A stretch of DNA of 59,602 nt, filler included, from Stramenopiles sp. TOSAG23-6 (Eukaryota): NCBI GenBank assembly GCA_900128565.1. It is 10 parts of 10 records of this genome, joined end to end, with 100 filler letters (N's around TTAATTAATTAA, not from the genome) between each part and the next. Parts side by side here need not be neighbours in the genome. Positions count along the whole stretch, not along the records: positions 23,941 to 29,818 come from LT636810.1; positions 29,919 to 35,785 come from LT636811.1; positions 35,886 to 41,752 come from LT636812.1; 7 more parts are not named here. One strand, 5' to 3'. The position numbers were made by a program, and so were the translations under genes. Position 1 is the stretch's first letter, and each line of letters starts with the position of its first letter. Of the stretch, positions 26,509 to 37,253 are shown piece after piece. The notes under the pieces were generated by a model, which searched no databases, was not told the DNA's origin, and saw only the letters and a program-made list of their open reading frames with translations.

Positions 26509-27433
26509 ATGTCTCAATCAAATGATCCTGAAGCTCCTCTCATAACCGACGCTAAATCATCCGATACTACAAAAGTTCAATCGGGTCATGCGCATGGGTA
26601 CGCTTTCCATCGACGTGAGGACAAAATCATGGCGCCACAAATGGGCCAAAAACTCGTCATGGAATTTATTGGAACAATGTTTCTCTCCCTTGCTGCATCG
26701 AATTCAACAACTACTGCATATGGTGTTGGATTAATGCTTGCTGTAATGGTGTACGCAGGTGGACCAATCTCTGGTGGTCATTATAATCCAGCTGTGAGTT
26801 TAGCAGTCATGTTACGATTCCTCGGAACGGAACATGAAGGAACGTTGGAGCAAACTGCTCCATATATGCTCGTTCAATTCATTGGAGCATTTATGGGTTC
26901 TTATTTGGGTAATTCAATGCGAAATGGTGTACGTTTTGTCTATTTGAAATTATTATTTTTTATACGAAATGTTGTACTTAAACAACAACAACAAAAAAAA
27001 TTTAATTTTTTTTTTTTTTTTTTTTTTTTCAAATTTCCTCATGTATAAAATAGATGCAAACATCATAATTTTTAACACATTTAGTAATTTTGTATTATAC
27101 ACAAAATATGTGCTTTTGACTGCTACGGTGAAAAATGTATCACCGAATAGCTATTATGGACTTGCAATGTACGTGATTCATTATGAATTTATAATTTATA
27201 ATTTTTTTTCAAAAAAAAAAAAAAAAAATTACGAATAATTTTTTTTTCATAGTAAATGTTGTACCTAACAAATTTTGTTTTTTTTTTGAAATATTTATTC
27301 AAAAATGCATTGGTGGTACAGTTACAGCATCAGCATTAGCTGGTGGTTCAATATCTGGTGGTGGATATAACCCAGCTTTGGGTGTCGTTCTCCCATTAGT
27401 TGCAGGCTATGTGTATGATTTCATTCATCATAT

Positions 27434-27472
<39 letters not shown>

Positions 27473-27876
27473 TATGAAAATTTTGTACCTAATTACGTTT
27501 TTTCAAAAAAATGTATTTTTTTTTTTTTTTTTTTTTTTGGTATGAAATTATGTATCTAACTATTTAGTATTAAAAAATAATATTTCTTCACTATATAGAA
27601 GTTGGGGTAAAATGATGTGCTTTCTCATTGCACCAATTTTTGGTGCTGTTGCAGCAGCTGGAGTGTTTCGTTTTGTTCAACGTTTGTTTTCAAAATTTAA
27701 CATTTTTTTTTTTTTTTTTTTTTTTTTTTNNNNNNNNNNNNNNNNNNNNNNNNNNNNNNNNNNNNNNNNNNNNNNNNNNNNNNNNNNNNNNNNNNNNNTC
27801 ATACAAAATTGTATACCTAACAAAAAAAAATCAAATTTGACATTTTTTTGACAATACATGTGGACGAAGTTATTAA
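26509..27876 (+). CDS. Aquaporin / MIP channel, four visible introns; one internal exon probably missing from the assembly
   Basis: SGGHYNPAVSLA and SGGGYNPALG NPA boxes, EFIGTMFL, YGLAIGGTV after splicing, and APIFGAVAA. Confidence 0.9.
27169..27310 (+). mobile_element. Introner-family intron, GT...AT
   Basis: GCA AT|GTACGTG...TGTACCTAAC...TTGAAATATTTATTCAAAAATGC-AT|T GGT restores GLAIG; the next AG is out of frame. Confidence 0.88.
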
Positions 27877-28693
27877 ACACACAACGATATAATTGTGAGT
27901 TTATGTATTTGATACTTCATTGAATACATTTAAAATTTATTTCTTTTCACATTTGTATCAAGATTTTTTGATTCATTTTTCAACAATTTAAAAAATGTGA
28001 AAAAAAATTACATTTTCATTTTGTATAAAAGATTGTCATATATAATTATTTTGTTTTGAAATTTGTTTTTTAAAACCTATAAAAATAATTTGAATATATA
28101 TTAGTTTGTTTAGTTTTTGATATGGAATTCAACGCCTTTGCACCTACGTACACTTAAACGCTCCATTTTGGAGGTATCAGAGCCCTTCAACCTACTTTTT
28201 CGGCCTTGCGATTTGTTAGGTACAAAATTTCGTACGAAAAAAAAATCATACAAAAAAAAATCTTTTCCTGGGTAATCAAGAAGCAGCAGCTGTAACAGTA
28301 ACATGTTGGGATGGCACTGTCGGGGAGCTGTCTCCAGATCAATGGTTGTGTATAAGATCTTGAGGGTGCCTTTTTATTTCTTACTGGTAGTGAGGGTTTA
28401 GAATTTGTTTGTATTACCCAATGATTTTCGCAGTTTCTGTAGAATATTAATTGGATTCCGTACCATTTTTTTGTACTTATTTTTTTAGGTATGAAAAAAT
28501 GGTACGATTATGTAACTCTTTTATAATAATAATATAATGCACACTATCGTTTCGTAAAGGGAATGAACATCAGCAAATTTGAAATTGAATCTTTTATATA
28601 AATGTTTTGATTTGAACTCTTTTTATTTTTATATCATCATTGATTACGACAGGACCACTTGGACAAGTACATGAATACCTTTGGAATTCTTTA

Positions 28694-29764
28694 TTAACTC
28701 CAAGGATAATGGACAGGACCACTTGGACAAGTACATGATACCTTTGGAATTCGTGCTTCATCACAAGTTCTATCTACAGGAATGATATCTTGAAAAATAT
28801 TTACAGCATCCTTTCTTTGAGGTGGAATATTTCTGTTCCCATCATGAGGACAAATTTCTGAAAGGGCTCTTTGTAATGTAGCATACATATAAGAAAGTAA
28901 AAAATGAGTACATACAAGTCATATAAAACAGTATATCAATGCAATATTGATCATAAATATAAAATACCTGTATAAGTCATAATGAGAGACCAAACGATGG
29001 CTATTCATTTTCAAGTTTTTATGTATCTCTCGAAATTCCTCCGTGATTTTTTTTCCATTTTTTTCTACGTGTGGAAAAATAATTGATAAAAGAGGAATTA
29101 TATCTTCCTTGCTTGTACCAAATATCCCATCAAATGTTTGGATACCTTTTAGTCCCATACTACTACCATGATCAGAAACAAATATAACAATTGTATCATC
29201 CAAAATTCCTTTATCATTCCATTGACTGATGAAATTTGCTACATCCTTATCAAGATGGCCAAGTACTCGGTGAAGTCCTTCATGTCCTTCAGGAAAAAGT
29301 GATACAGATATTTTAGGTTCCTTTGTCTGGATATCATGAAATTCGCGGATATAATCCAAATGTAACGAATAAACATGCCGGTTCAATATATATCTATCTA
29401 AAATTGAAAATTGACCATTGTATATCGAACCGTTGCAGATTGATGGGGGTTCATAATCAGGATGACAAAATAAAGATCCAATTTCAATATCAGCCCCAAA
29501 GGACTCTCTACTATACATATCATTGTGTCGTTGACAACTTTCCGTACTTACCATTGAAATCTGTTTTTTGTCTTTACGCTGTTTTTTTAAGTCTTCCCAA
29601 AAAAACTTTCTATTTAAATCATTATATCTTAACCAATTATCTGGCTCAGTTCCTGTTAACATTTGAGGCATATTTGTTGAAGTGTGAGTACCCAGCCTAT
29701 GATAATTAGGAAAATGATACACAGACGCAGTATTTTTAATATCATTAATATTATTCAATACTTT
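28694..29764 (-). CDS. DUF229/sulfatase-like (alkaline phosphatase superfamily) protein, C-terminal part
   Basis: DDTIVIFVSDHG, EGHEG, RLVSHYDLY and RTCDEARIP...CTC; canonical intron 28869-28967 gives YDLYRALSE; the 3' end of an upstream element lies at 29765-29818. Confidence 0.75.
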
Positions 29765-29978
29765 ATGTATTTTGGAAAAATATTTCAAAAAAAATCTAAA
29801 AAAATTTGTTAGGTACAANNNNNNNNNNNNNNNNNNNNNNNNNNNNNNNNNNNNNNNNNNNNTTAATTAATTAANNNNNNNNNNNNNNNNNNNNNNNNNN
29901 NNNNNNNNNNNNNNNNNNTTTTTCGTACGAAATTTTGTACCTAACGATTTTTTTTTGAAATATTTTTCCAAAATACGT

Positions 29979-32190
29979 ACTGATTCTGATGAAACCCGGA
30001 GTCGGAGAGGTCAGGTTAAAAGTGAGGGCTACAAAGCTGATTCTGCAGAAAGTTACCTTCGCGATGATTGTTATAAAAATGAGAGTATACCATGCCCGTT
30101 ACCACCATGCCAACGAAATTTTAAGGGTATAACAAGTACTCCAAGAAATAGTGGTCATCCAAACACGTGTCCAAAAACTCATCCATATCCTTATTTAAAT
30201 GGTGCATATTGTTGTGAAGAACAAACGGGAAATCCTCCTGGTTCATGTTCTCCAGAACGATCTATGCCATGTGAGACACCGCCATGTAACCCAATTTCTG
30301 CTTGTCCAATCGATAATCCATTTGCATTTTCAAAAGGAAAGCTTTGTTGCAAGTATGCCTTTACAACTTCAAATACACAAATTAATATCAACGCTGAAAG
30401 TTGTTTTTTGGGTGAATCTGTGTCATGTCCGTTGCCACCATGTAACGACGGACAGACGTATTTTAAACAACGACAAGATAGTGTCTGTCCTAAAAACTAT
30501 CCGTTCGCTTTTAAAAATGGGAATTATTGTTGCCGTACACACAATCCAAACACTACACAACTTGCTACAAAACTTGGTCCATTTTTATCTATAAACTCGA
30601 TATCATGTAAGGGCGATTCGTACATCAAATGTCCTAATGGGTCATGTGTCAACTATAGTGTAAAGAAAAAACCAAACATGTGCCCTGTCACTCATCAATA
30701 TGCTTTTGCTAATGGGCAATCGTGCTGCATGGTTAATGAAACGAATGAGTATAAAAGTAAGCCTGGAGAACCATTTACATACTCGACACTTTCGTGTGAA
30801 AAGGATCAATTTGTAAAATGTAAAACACCACCTTGCAATGCTCATATGTGTCCTGTAGAATTTCCATATGCCTACAACAATTCTAAATCATGTTGTGCAA
30901 AACCTGTTACTCCCACTGGAAGCAACAAATGTCCAAAGAGTGGAAAGTGCCGAGATCCTCCTTGTCATAGTAGCATCAGTGTAATTCAAACATGTACTGA
31001 AATGTATCCATATGCATTTTCGTTTGGACAAATGTGTTGTAGGGCAGACGTAACTGATAGTGGTGATAAATTAGAATACGATTCCTTGAGATGTAAAAAT
31101 GATGATGCTATCCACTGTCCTAAACCAGCAATTGGATGTCTTAATTACCAGATAGATATTGTTTGCCCTCCATCTAATCCATATCCGTACAAAAACGGCG
31201 ATGAATGTTGTAAAGTAGATGAATACTACGGAGAGGATATNTCCGAAACAAAACGAGTGAAAGAAAAAAGCCAACCAATAGTATACACTTCGACATTCTG
31301 CCCCAAAGGAAATTTTATTCGCTGTATAAAACCACCTTGTCTGTATTTGGTATTTATTATAATTTGTGTTATAATAACTCACTACACTACTTTTTATTCA
31401 TTTGTAATTACTTTAATATACTTTTCACACAATACAGCAAGTATTTACTATTTAGTACGCGAAATAATACTTAAAATTTTATCCTTTTAATTCGACACTT
31501 TTTAATTTATATTTCATTTGATATACACACACAAATTATAGCACACACAAGGTACAAACAACTTATAATAACAAAGCACCAACCTACACGGAACAAGTAT
31601 CGCCTACTGCTGCGTATCGCCTACTAACTTGTAGAAAGGGTTTAGAATTGTGTAGGAATTCAGGCCATTCCGGCCAATCGGGCATAGAGCATGTTGAAGG
31701 TAGTGAAATTACGGATAAATGTCCCAAGGTTATATCTTTTACAACCATAACTGCAGAGGCTTCGTTGTGTGCCCGAAAAGAAGGTAGTGAAATTACGTAT
31801 ACGGGGGTAGCTTGCGGTTCAAATTCAAGTTTGATTCAGTGGACAGCTATGGCAACAAACAAAAGTCAGCTCAATACAGAAGCCAAATTGCATACAAAAA
31901 CGACTCCAAATTTCTCGTGCACCTGGAAAGCTTCTGATGCAAGTACCTCGGGTCGAACTGGAGAGGCAGCTGCAAAGTGGAGAAAAAACTACTTGGGTAC
32001 TTGTGGTGTTTCACCCTTACTTGTCCCAGATCTACCGAGCTCTTGCAAAACTCTAATGGATCCGAATGCTGTGATAGGAGCAAGAAATGCAGCTTTACGG
32101 AGAATAAAAAAAGATAACGAAGCAAAAGAAACTGTCGCAACAAAGATAGATATTGATGCAGCAAAACGAAACATCTGGGACAATAGTTAA
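29979..32190 (+). CDS. Cysteine-rich repeat protein (CP..(Y/H)P(Y/F)AF..G..CC...C..PPC units), probably extracellular; 5'-truncated
   Basis: At least 7 repeats; canonical GT-AG intron 31343-31541 joins the last exon in frame; preceded by an element 3' end (29919-29978, ending ATAC-GT). Confidence 0.75.
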
Positions 32191-32336
32191 TAAGGGGAAA
32201 ATAAAATAATTTCTCAACATATTTTTTATTTGAATTATGAAATTATATGTTTTTTTATGTTGATGATAAAAGCTGAAGGGAAAACTACGTACCGGTGTAG
32301 GAGAACTCTTTACACTTTGTAGAAATTGACCATATT

Positions 32337-35276
32337 TTACGCCATACTGATCTCAGATCTACGCAAAGCCATCTTTTTGCGAAGCAATTTTTCTCGGGCC
32401 ATCCGTTGTATCTTTCTCGCTTGAGCATGCATTGCTTCTCCCCACATGTATTTCCCTATACGTCTAGGAGCATATTCATGTCGACATATTGGACATTTTG
32501 CAGGTCTGATACCGTAAACAGGATGGCGCTGAGCTTGTATTCGATTGTATGGGCCAAAACAATCCTTACATAAGACATGACCACAATCTAGGATGCACCC
32601 TTCCTCGAGTATCTGCTCAAGACATATTGGACAAGCACTAGGGGTAGACATCGATGAGCCCATTTTATCAGGATTTGTTACTATGTATGTCCCAGTCTTA
32701 TCATGAAAGGCTTTTGCTAGACGATTAGCAATGTCCCTTGCCTCAGGGTAGATATTGAGTTTCGCATGCACCCAAGGTGTGATACCTTCCGGTGTTAAAT
32801 TTGCACCAGCTTTCAGTAATAAATCAATGACTGGCCAACGAGGCGGCTTACCTTTAATTGCATATACCAACGGGGTCATTCCGTGTGAATCTTTTGCATT
32901 TATGTCAGCACCGGCGTCAATTAGTACTTCCATGAGATCACATCGCCCATTTGATGCAGCATACATCAATGCTGTTTTACCAAGATCATTTGGTATATTC
33001 ACTGCAAACGGTTCAGATTTCAAAATTAATTTTACAACTTCAAAACATCCATTTTGTGTAGCCATCGCCAATGATTTGCCGATTAGTGTATGCATTGTAG
33101 TGCGTAGAGATGCATCACCCCGAGTATAAAAATCATCGACAAATTTCAACAGTACTTCTACAACGTCAATATGTCCTTTGGAAGCAGATTCTACAAAAGC
33201 TGTGCTAATGTCATCTTTTATTTGGAGAATTGACCTGACAAATGATCCTTCCAATATTATTTTTACGATTGGCGTGTGTCCGTTTATAGCAGCACATTTT
33301 AACGCATTGCCGACTTTTCTAGGTATTTCCACAGATATTAGATTCAACAATATTTTTGCAATTTGTGTGTTCCCCTTTTCAGCTGCTTTATATAAAGCAT
33401 TTGTAATGTTCACTTGCGTATCCGCAGATTGCACTGCTTTCAACAATATTTCAACAACTTCAGTATGTCCATATTCAGCAGCCAATTCCAATGGTGTTGA
33501 ACCAGATCTCATAAACGATGTATTTGCCTTATATTCGATCAGTAGTTCAACAGTCTCAATATAACCAGACAAACACGCAACTTGTAGTAGACTTAGCATA
33601 TCTCTCTCTTCTAGTACCATATCAACGCTTATTCCTTGTAGTAAAAAAAGTTCAAGAATATTTCTTTGCTCAACTGGGTGTGATATATCAAAAATTTGCG
33701 AAATGTCATTGTTACTTACCGTTGCTCCTTGTTCGAAAAGTATCTTTATGCAAGCAACGCATGAACTTTTTACAGCTGTTTTTAGATGGTTAAAATCAGC
33801 TCCATATTGAAAAAGAATTTTAAGACTTTCAATGTGACGTCCTTCAATTGCAAATTGGACTGCTGAAATCCTTTCTGTAGTTTTCAAATTAGGATTCGCT
33901 TTAGATTTCAACAACAGATTCATAGCATCGATATTTTTAGTATAAATAGCAGCCATTAAAGAAGTCAATGGCATGAAACCATCAATGTTCCAGTCGTGAT
34001 TAGTATTCGTCCCAATTTTATTAGGATCTGCTCCATGCTGCAAGAGAATCTCAATGATTTTGAAACTTGTCTTTTTTAAAAGATTCGCTTTTTCAATTGA
34101 TAATTCTTTTTCGCCCCCCAAACTCGCTGCCGAAACAAGTGGCAGATCCTCATTATGATTTACCGTATTTGGATCTGCGCCTTTTCCGAGTATTAGCTTT
34201 ACAATGTCAATATGCCCAGACTTTATGGCAACTATTAGAGCGCTTTGCTTATATTCAGAAATCTTACTGTCATCATCAATAAATGGTTGAGCATAACGAT
34301 CATAATTGTATCGATAATCATCGGGATTATAATAGGCATATTGATCAACATTTTCATCCTCGGCATAATCATCATCTTGTGGACCATCTTCATCAACATC
34401 TTCATCCTTAATTAACAAGTCCACAATATCAATATGGCCTTTTTCAATAGCAAATTCAACTGCAGTTTTATAATCCAAGTTACCTCCTGTTGCATCAATT
34501 GTTGCACCACCATTCAGCAACAGTTTAACAATATCTATCAGACCGTCAGTAGATGCAGTTATAAGCGGTGTTGTCGTCATTCTATCTTTGTGTCTGATCA
34601 TACCAAAATTAGGGTCAGCATCATTACGCAAAAGTATATCAACAACATCAGAATTACCACTTCGAACGGCAAAAACAAGTGGTGTTTCCCCTTTGGATGA
34701 TAGTGTATTTGGATTAGCCCCATGAGTCAGCAATAAAGTAACTACACCCAGAGAACCACCACGCGCAGCAATCATCAATGGGGTTTTCCCGATATAGTTA
34801 GCAATGCTGACATCAGCACCAGCAGTGATAAGTTGTTGAACTACTCCAACACGACCTTGTTGTGAAGCAGCAAACAATGGGGTATTTCCGTCATCATCAG
34901 CCTTATTGACATCAATTCTATCTGCATTAAGAAGTAGTTGAACTACTCCTTCATGACCCTTTTCTGAAGCAATAAGCAATGGGGTAAATCCGCCTTCCAT
35001 AGCATGATTAACCTCAATTCCCTTTACACCAAGAAGTTTTTCAACTACTTCAACATGACCCCTTTCTGAAGCAATAATCAATGGGGTTCCTCCGCCTCTA
35101 TTAGCCTGATTGACAACAGCACCAGCAGCGATAAGTTGTGCAACTTCTGCTGCATAACCATTCATTGAAGCAGCAAACAGTCTTTGACTTTGAGGTAAAA
35201 CTGCAGCAGCTGCTTCCATAGATGGAACAATTGCCTGCAAAAGCAGTGCCACATTAAGAAGTACAAACTTCTTCAT
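32337..35276 (-). CDS. Signal-peptide ankyrin-repeat protein with C-terminal RING finger and IQ-like tail
   Basis: MKKFVLLNVALLLQAIVPSMEA leader; many G.TPL..A...G...VV..LL repeats; CPIC...CGHVLCKDC...CPICR; no introns. Confidence 0.9.
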   Translation of the reverse strand: MKKFVLLNVALLLQAIVPSMEAAAAVLPQSQRLFAASMNGYAAEVAQLIAAGAVVNQANRGGGTPLIIASERGHVEVVEKLLGVKGIEVNHAMEGGFTPLLIASEKGHEGVVQLLLNADRIDVNKADDDGNTPLFAASQQGRVGVVQQLITAGADVSIANYIGKTPLMIAARGGSLGVVTLLLTHGANPNTLSSKGETPLVFAVRSGNSDVVDILLRNDADPNFGMIRHKDRMTTTPLITASTDGLIDIVKLLLNGGATIDATGGNLDYKTAVEFAIEKGHIDIVDLLIKDEDVDEDGPQDDDYAEDENVDQYAYYNPDDYRYNYDRYAQPFIDDDSKISEYKQSALIVAIKSGHIDIVKLILGKGADPNTVNHNEDLPLVSAASLGGEKELSIEKANLLKKTSFKIIEILLQHGADPNKIGTNTNHDWNIDGFMPLTSLMAAIYTKNIDAMNLLLKSKANPNLKTTERISAVQFAIEGRHIESLKILFQYGADFNHLKTAVKSSCVACIKILFEQGATVSNNDISQIFDISHPVEQRNILELFLLQGISVDMVLEERDMLSLLQVACLSGYIETVELLIEYKANTSFMRSGSTPLELAAEYGHTEVVEILLKAVQSADTQVNITNALYKAAEKGNTQIAKILLNLISVEIPRKVGNALKCAAINGHTPIVKIILEGSFVRSILQIKDDISTAFVESASKGHIDVVEVLLKFVDDFYTRGDASLRTTMHTLIGKSLAMATQNGCFEVVKLILKSEPFAVNIPNDLGKTALMYAASNGRCDLMEVLIDAGADINAKDSHGMTPLVYAIKGKPPRWPVIDLLLKAGANLTPEGITPWVHAKLNIYPEARDIANRLAKAFHDKTGTYIVTNPDKMGSSMSTPSACPICLEQILEEGCILDCGHVLCKDCFGPYNRIQAQRHPVYGIRPAKCPICRHEYAPRRIGKYMWGEAMHAQARKIQRMAREKLLRKKMALRRSEISMA

Positions 35277-35645
35277 TATAAATACACAAGGAAGCGTTTT
35301 CAGCTAGTAGTTTGTCGAATATAACAAGCTCTACGTATATGTAAACAAGTCAAGTGTGAGTTGCGTCAGTTGCGTGTTAAGCGTGGTGAGTTCCTGAAGG
35401 GATACATTTTCGACATTTTTTTACAGATTTCGTGTAGGCTATATAATATAGCGCATTTTTTTTGACACGTGTCGTGTGTCATCAACTCGGTCAAACAGCG
35501 AAGAAACTAATCTCAATCTCCATTAATAGCTCGATATTCGATAATACAATCTACACTCAATTTTCCTTGAAACTATTGATTGAATCACACACTCTGCAAT
35601 ATTTGGAAACTTGTGTGTTATAGTTATTTTCTTATATAGTATTTT

Positions 35646-35785
35646 ATGAAGAGGTCTCGTTCGCCGCTATCAAGTGCTGTTGAAGATGGCTACTTTGCTG
35701 ACGATGTCTCATTTTCGGAAGAAGATGAGAATAATAATGCCTTAGGTTTAAAACGATGTGAGCGAGCACTAAAATCAGCAGGTAT
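35646..35785 (+). CDS. N-terminus of an unknown protein, truncated by the contig end
   Basis: ATG-initiated open frame running to the gap. Confidence 0.4.
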
Positions 35786-35886
35786 NNNNNNNNNNNNNNN
35801 NNNNNNNNNNNNNNNNNNNNNNNNNNNNNTTAATTAATTAANNNNNNNNNNNNNNNNNNNNNNNNNNNNNNNNNNNNNNNNNNNNA

Positions 35887-36866
35887 TTGGAGATCTTTTT
35901 CATCTTGGGTAGTTAATGATGGCAAATCAGATACAAAGGGGTAGGGAATATTTACTCCTTTTCGTTCACCAAGAGGTCCATCATTATTAACAACACAATG
36001 CACTTCACCTCTTGCTTTGTCACATGATACAACATCAAGGCTTATGAGACCATCATCTATGTATTTTGGAAAAATATTTCAAAAAAAAAAAATTAAAATT
36101 GTTAGGTACAAAATTTCGTACGAAAAATAAATTCGAAATTGAAAAAAAAATAAAATATACATAAATATTCTTTGTCCCACATTGACTTCATTCGCAAGAT
36201 TTTTATAGTCTACAAAGACATTTGAAGAATCTCCGTTCTCTTGATATTTTCTATTTGTCGCTAATACTAAACTTTGACCATTTTTAAGTTGAACGACTTT
36301 GGTATCATGTATTTTTGGAAAATATTAAAAAAAAAAATGTTAGGTACGAAATTTCGTATGAAAAAAAAATCGAAATTCGAAATTGAAAACGAATTTAAAA
36401 AAAAAAATGTTAGGTACAAAATTTCGTATGAAAAAAAAATCGAAATTCGAAATTGAAAACGAACATCTGATTTGAAACATCCAGTTCGTATTTCTGGGCC
36501 TTTAGTATCAGCGGCGATAGAACATATATCTTCCCTACTTCCATCTTCAAAGTCAATTGGTCCATTTGACTTACGAATTTTATTGAGAGAACAACGAAGA
36601 TCTTCTATAACTTGAGATTTGTCCTCATGTGAACCATGACTAAAATTAAGTCGAAGGCAATTCATTCCATTCATCAGTAATTCCATTATACTATCTTTAC
36701 TTGAGGTACTGGGACCAACAGTACATATAATTGAAGTCTTGCGTTCCCGTCTGAGTACAAGATTATATTTTAAGGTCGAGTTGTGTGAAATAGAAACCGA
36801 AGCTGATCGGACATTGAATTTCACCGGGGTAAAAATATTTCTAATTCTTCTGGCAAGACAAAGCAT
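35887..36866 (-). CDS. PK: Pyruvate kinase, N-terminal part, with putative mitochondrial transit peptide; exons 36465-36866, 36161-36306, 35887-36058
   Basis: RKTSIICTVGP, RLNFSHGSHE, DTKGPEIRTG, VDYKNL, IFIDDGLISL and LGERKGVNIP, read after removing two non-AG introns. Confidence 0.95.
36059..36160 (-). mobile_element. Introner-family intron, GT...AT (102 nt)
   Basis: TTT AT|GTATATTTT...TTTCGTACGAAATTTTGTACCTAAC...CCAAAATAC-AT|A GAT GAT GGT. Confidence 0.92.
36307..36464 (-). mobile_element. Introner-family intron, GT...AT (158 nt, core duplicated internally)
   Basis: TCA GAT|GTTCGTTTT...(core x2)...CAAAAATAC-AT|GAT ACC AAA GTC. Confidence 0.9.
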
Positions 36867-37253
36867 TTTACAAATTAGATATATTTCGAAATAGACAGTT
36901 TAATTTACTCACACTTGGTGATGAAAATATTGGAAAGACCTCTCAAAGCAAACTAAGATTATCTCGCTACTTTATAACTTATCAGCGCTAGTCTGTTGCT
37001 CGTATCTTCAATAAAATAACGAATGAAGAACGCCAAGAAGCAAATCGAAAAAATGTCTCAACAGAAATTTTTTGATCCATTTTTCGTGTTGAACTTGAAT
37101 CATACTAAAATCTATCAGTTACATGAGCATAGTAGTAAGTATCATACAAAGACTACTTTTTTACAAAGAAGTTTTACATCAAAAGTATATTTTCCATTTA
37201 ATCAGCTACATCTTAGCATGATGGTTATCCCAAGTGTATTGTGAGGTTATAAT

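Noticed and set aside
28645-28752. About 42-bp direct repeat duplicating the DUF229 C-terminal coding sequence into the 3' flank
   Set aside because: It is a local duplication with no evidence of function.
36059-36160. Minor (U12) AT-AC introns, by shifting the junction 2 nt
   Set aside because: There is no RTATCCTT donor; TT/TT copies and ends such as ATGC, ATAT and ATGT cannot be AT-AC; and the Sel1 intron 55447-55621 favours the GT...NN register.
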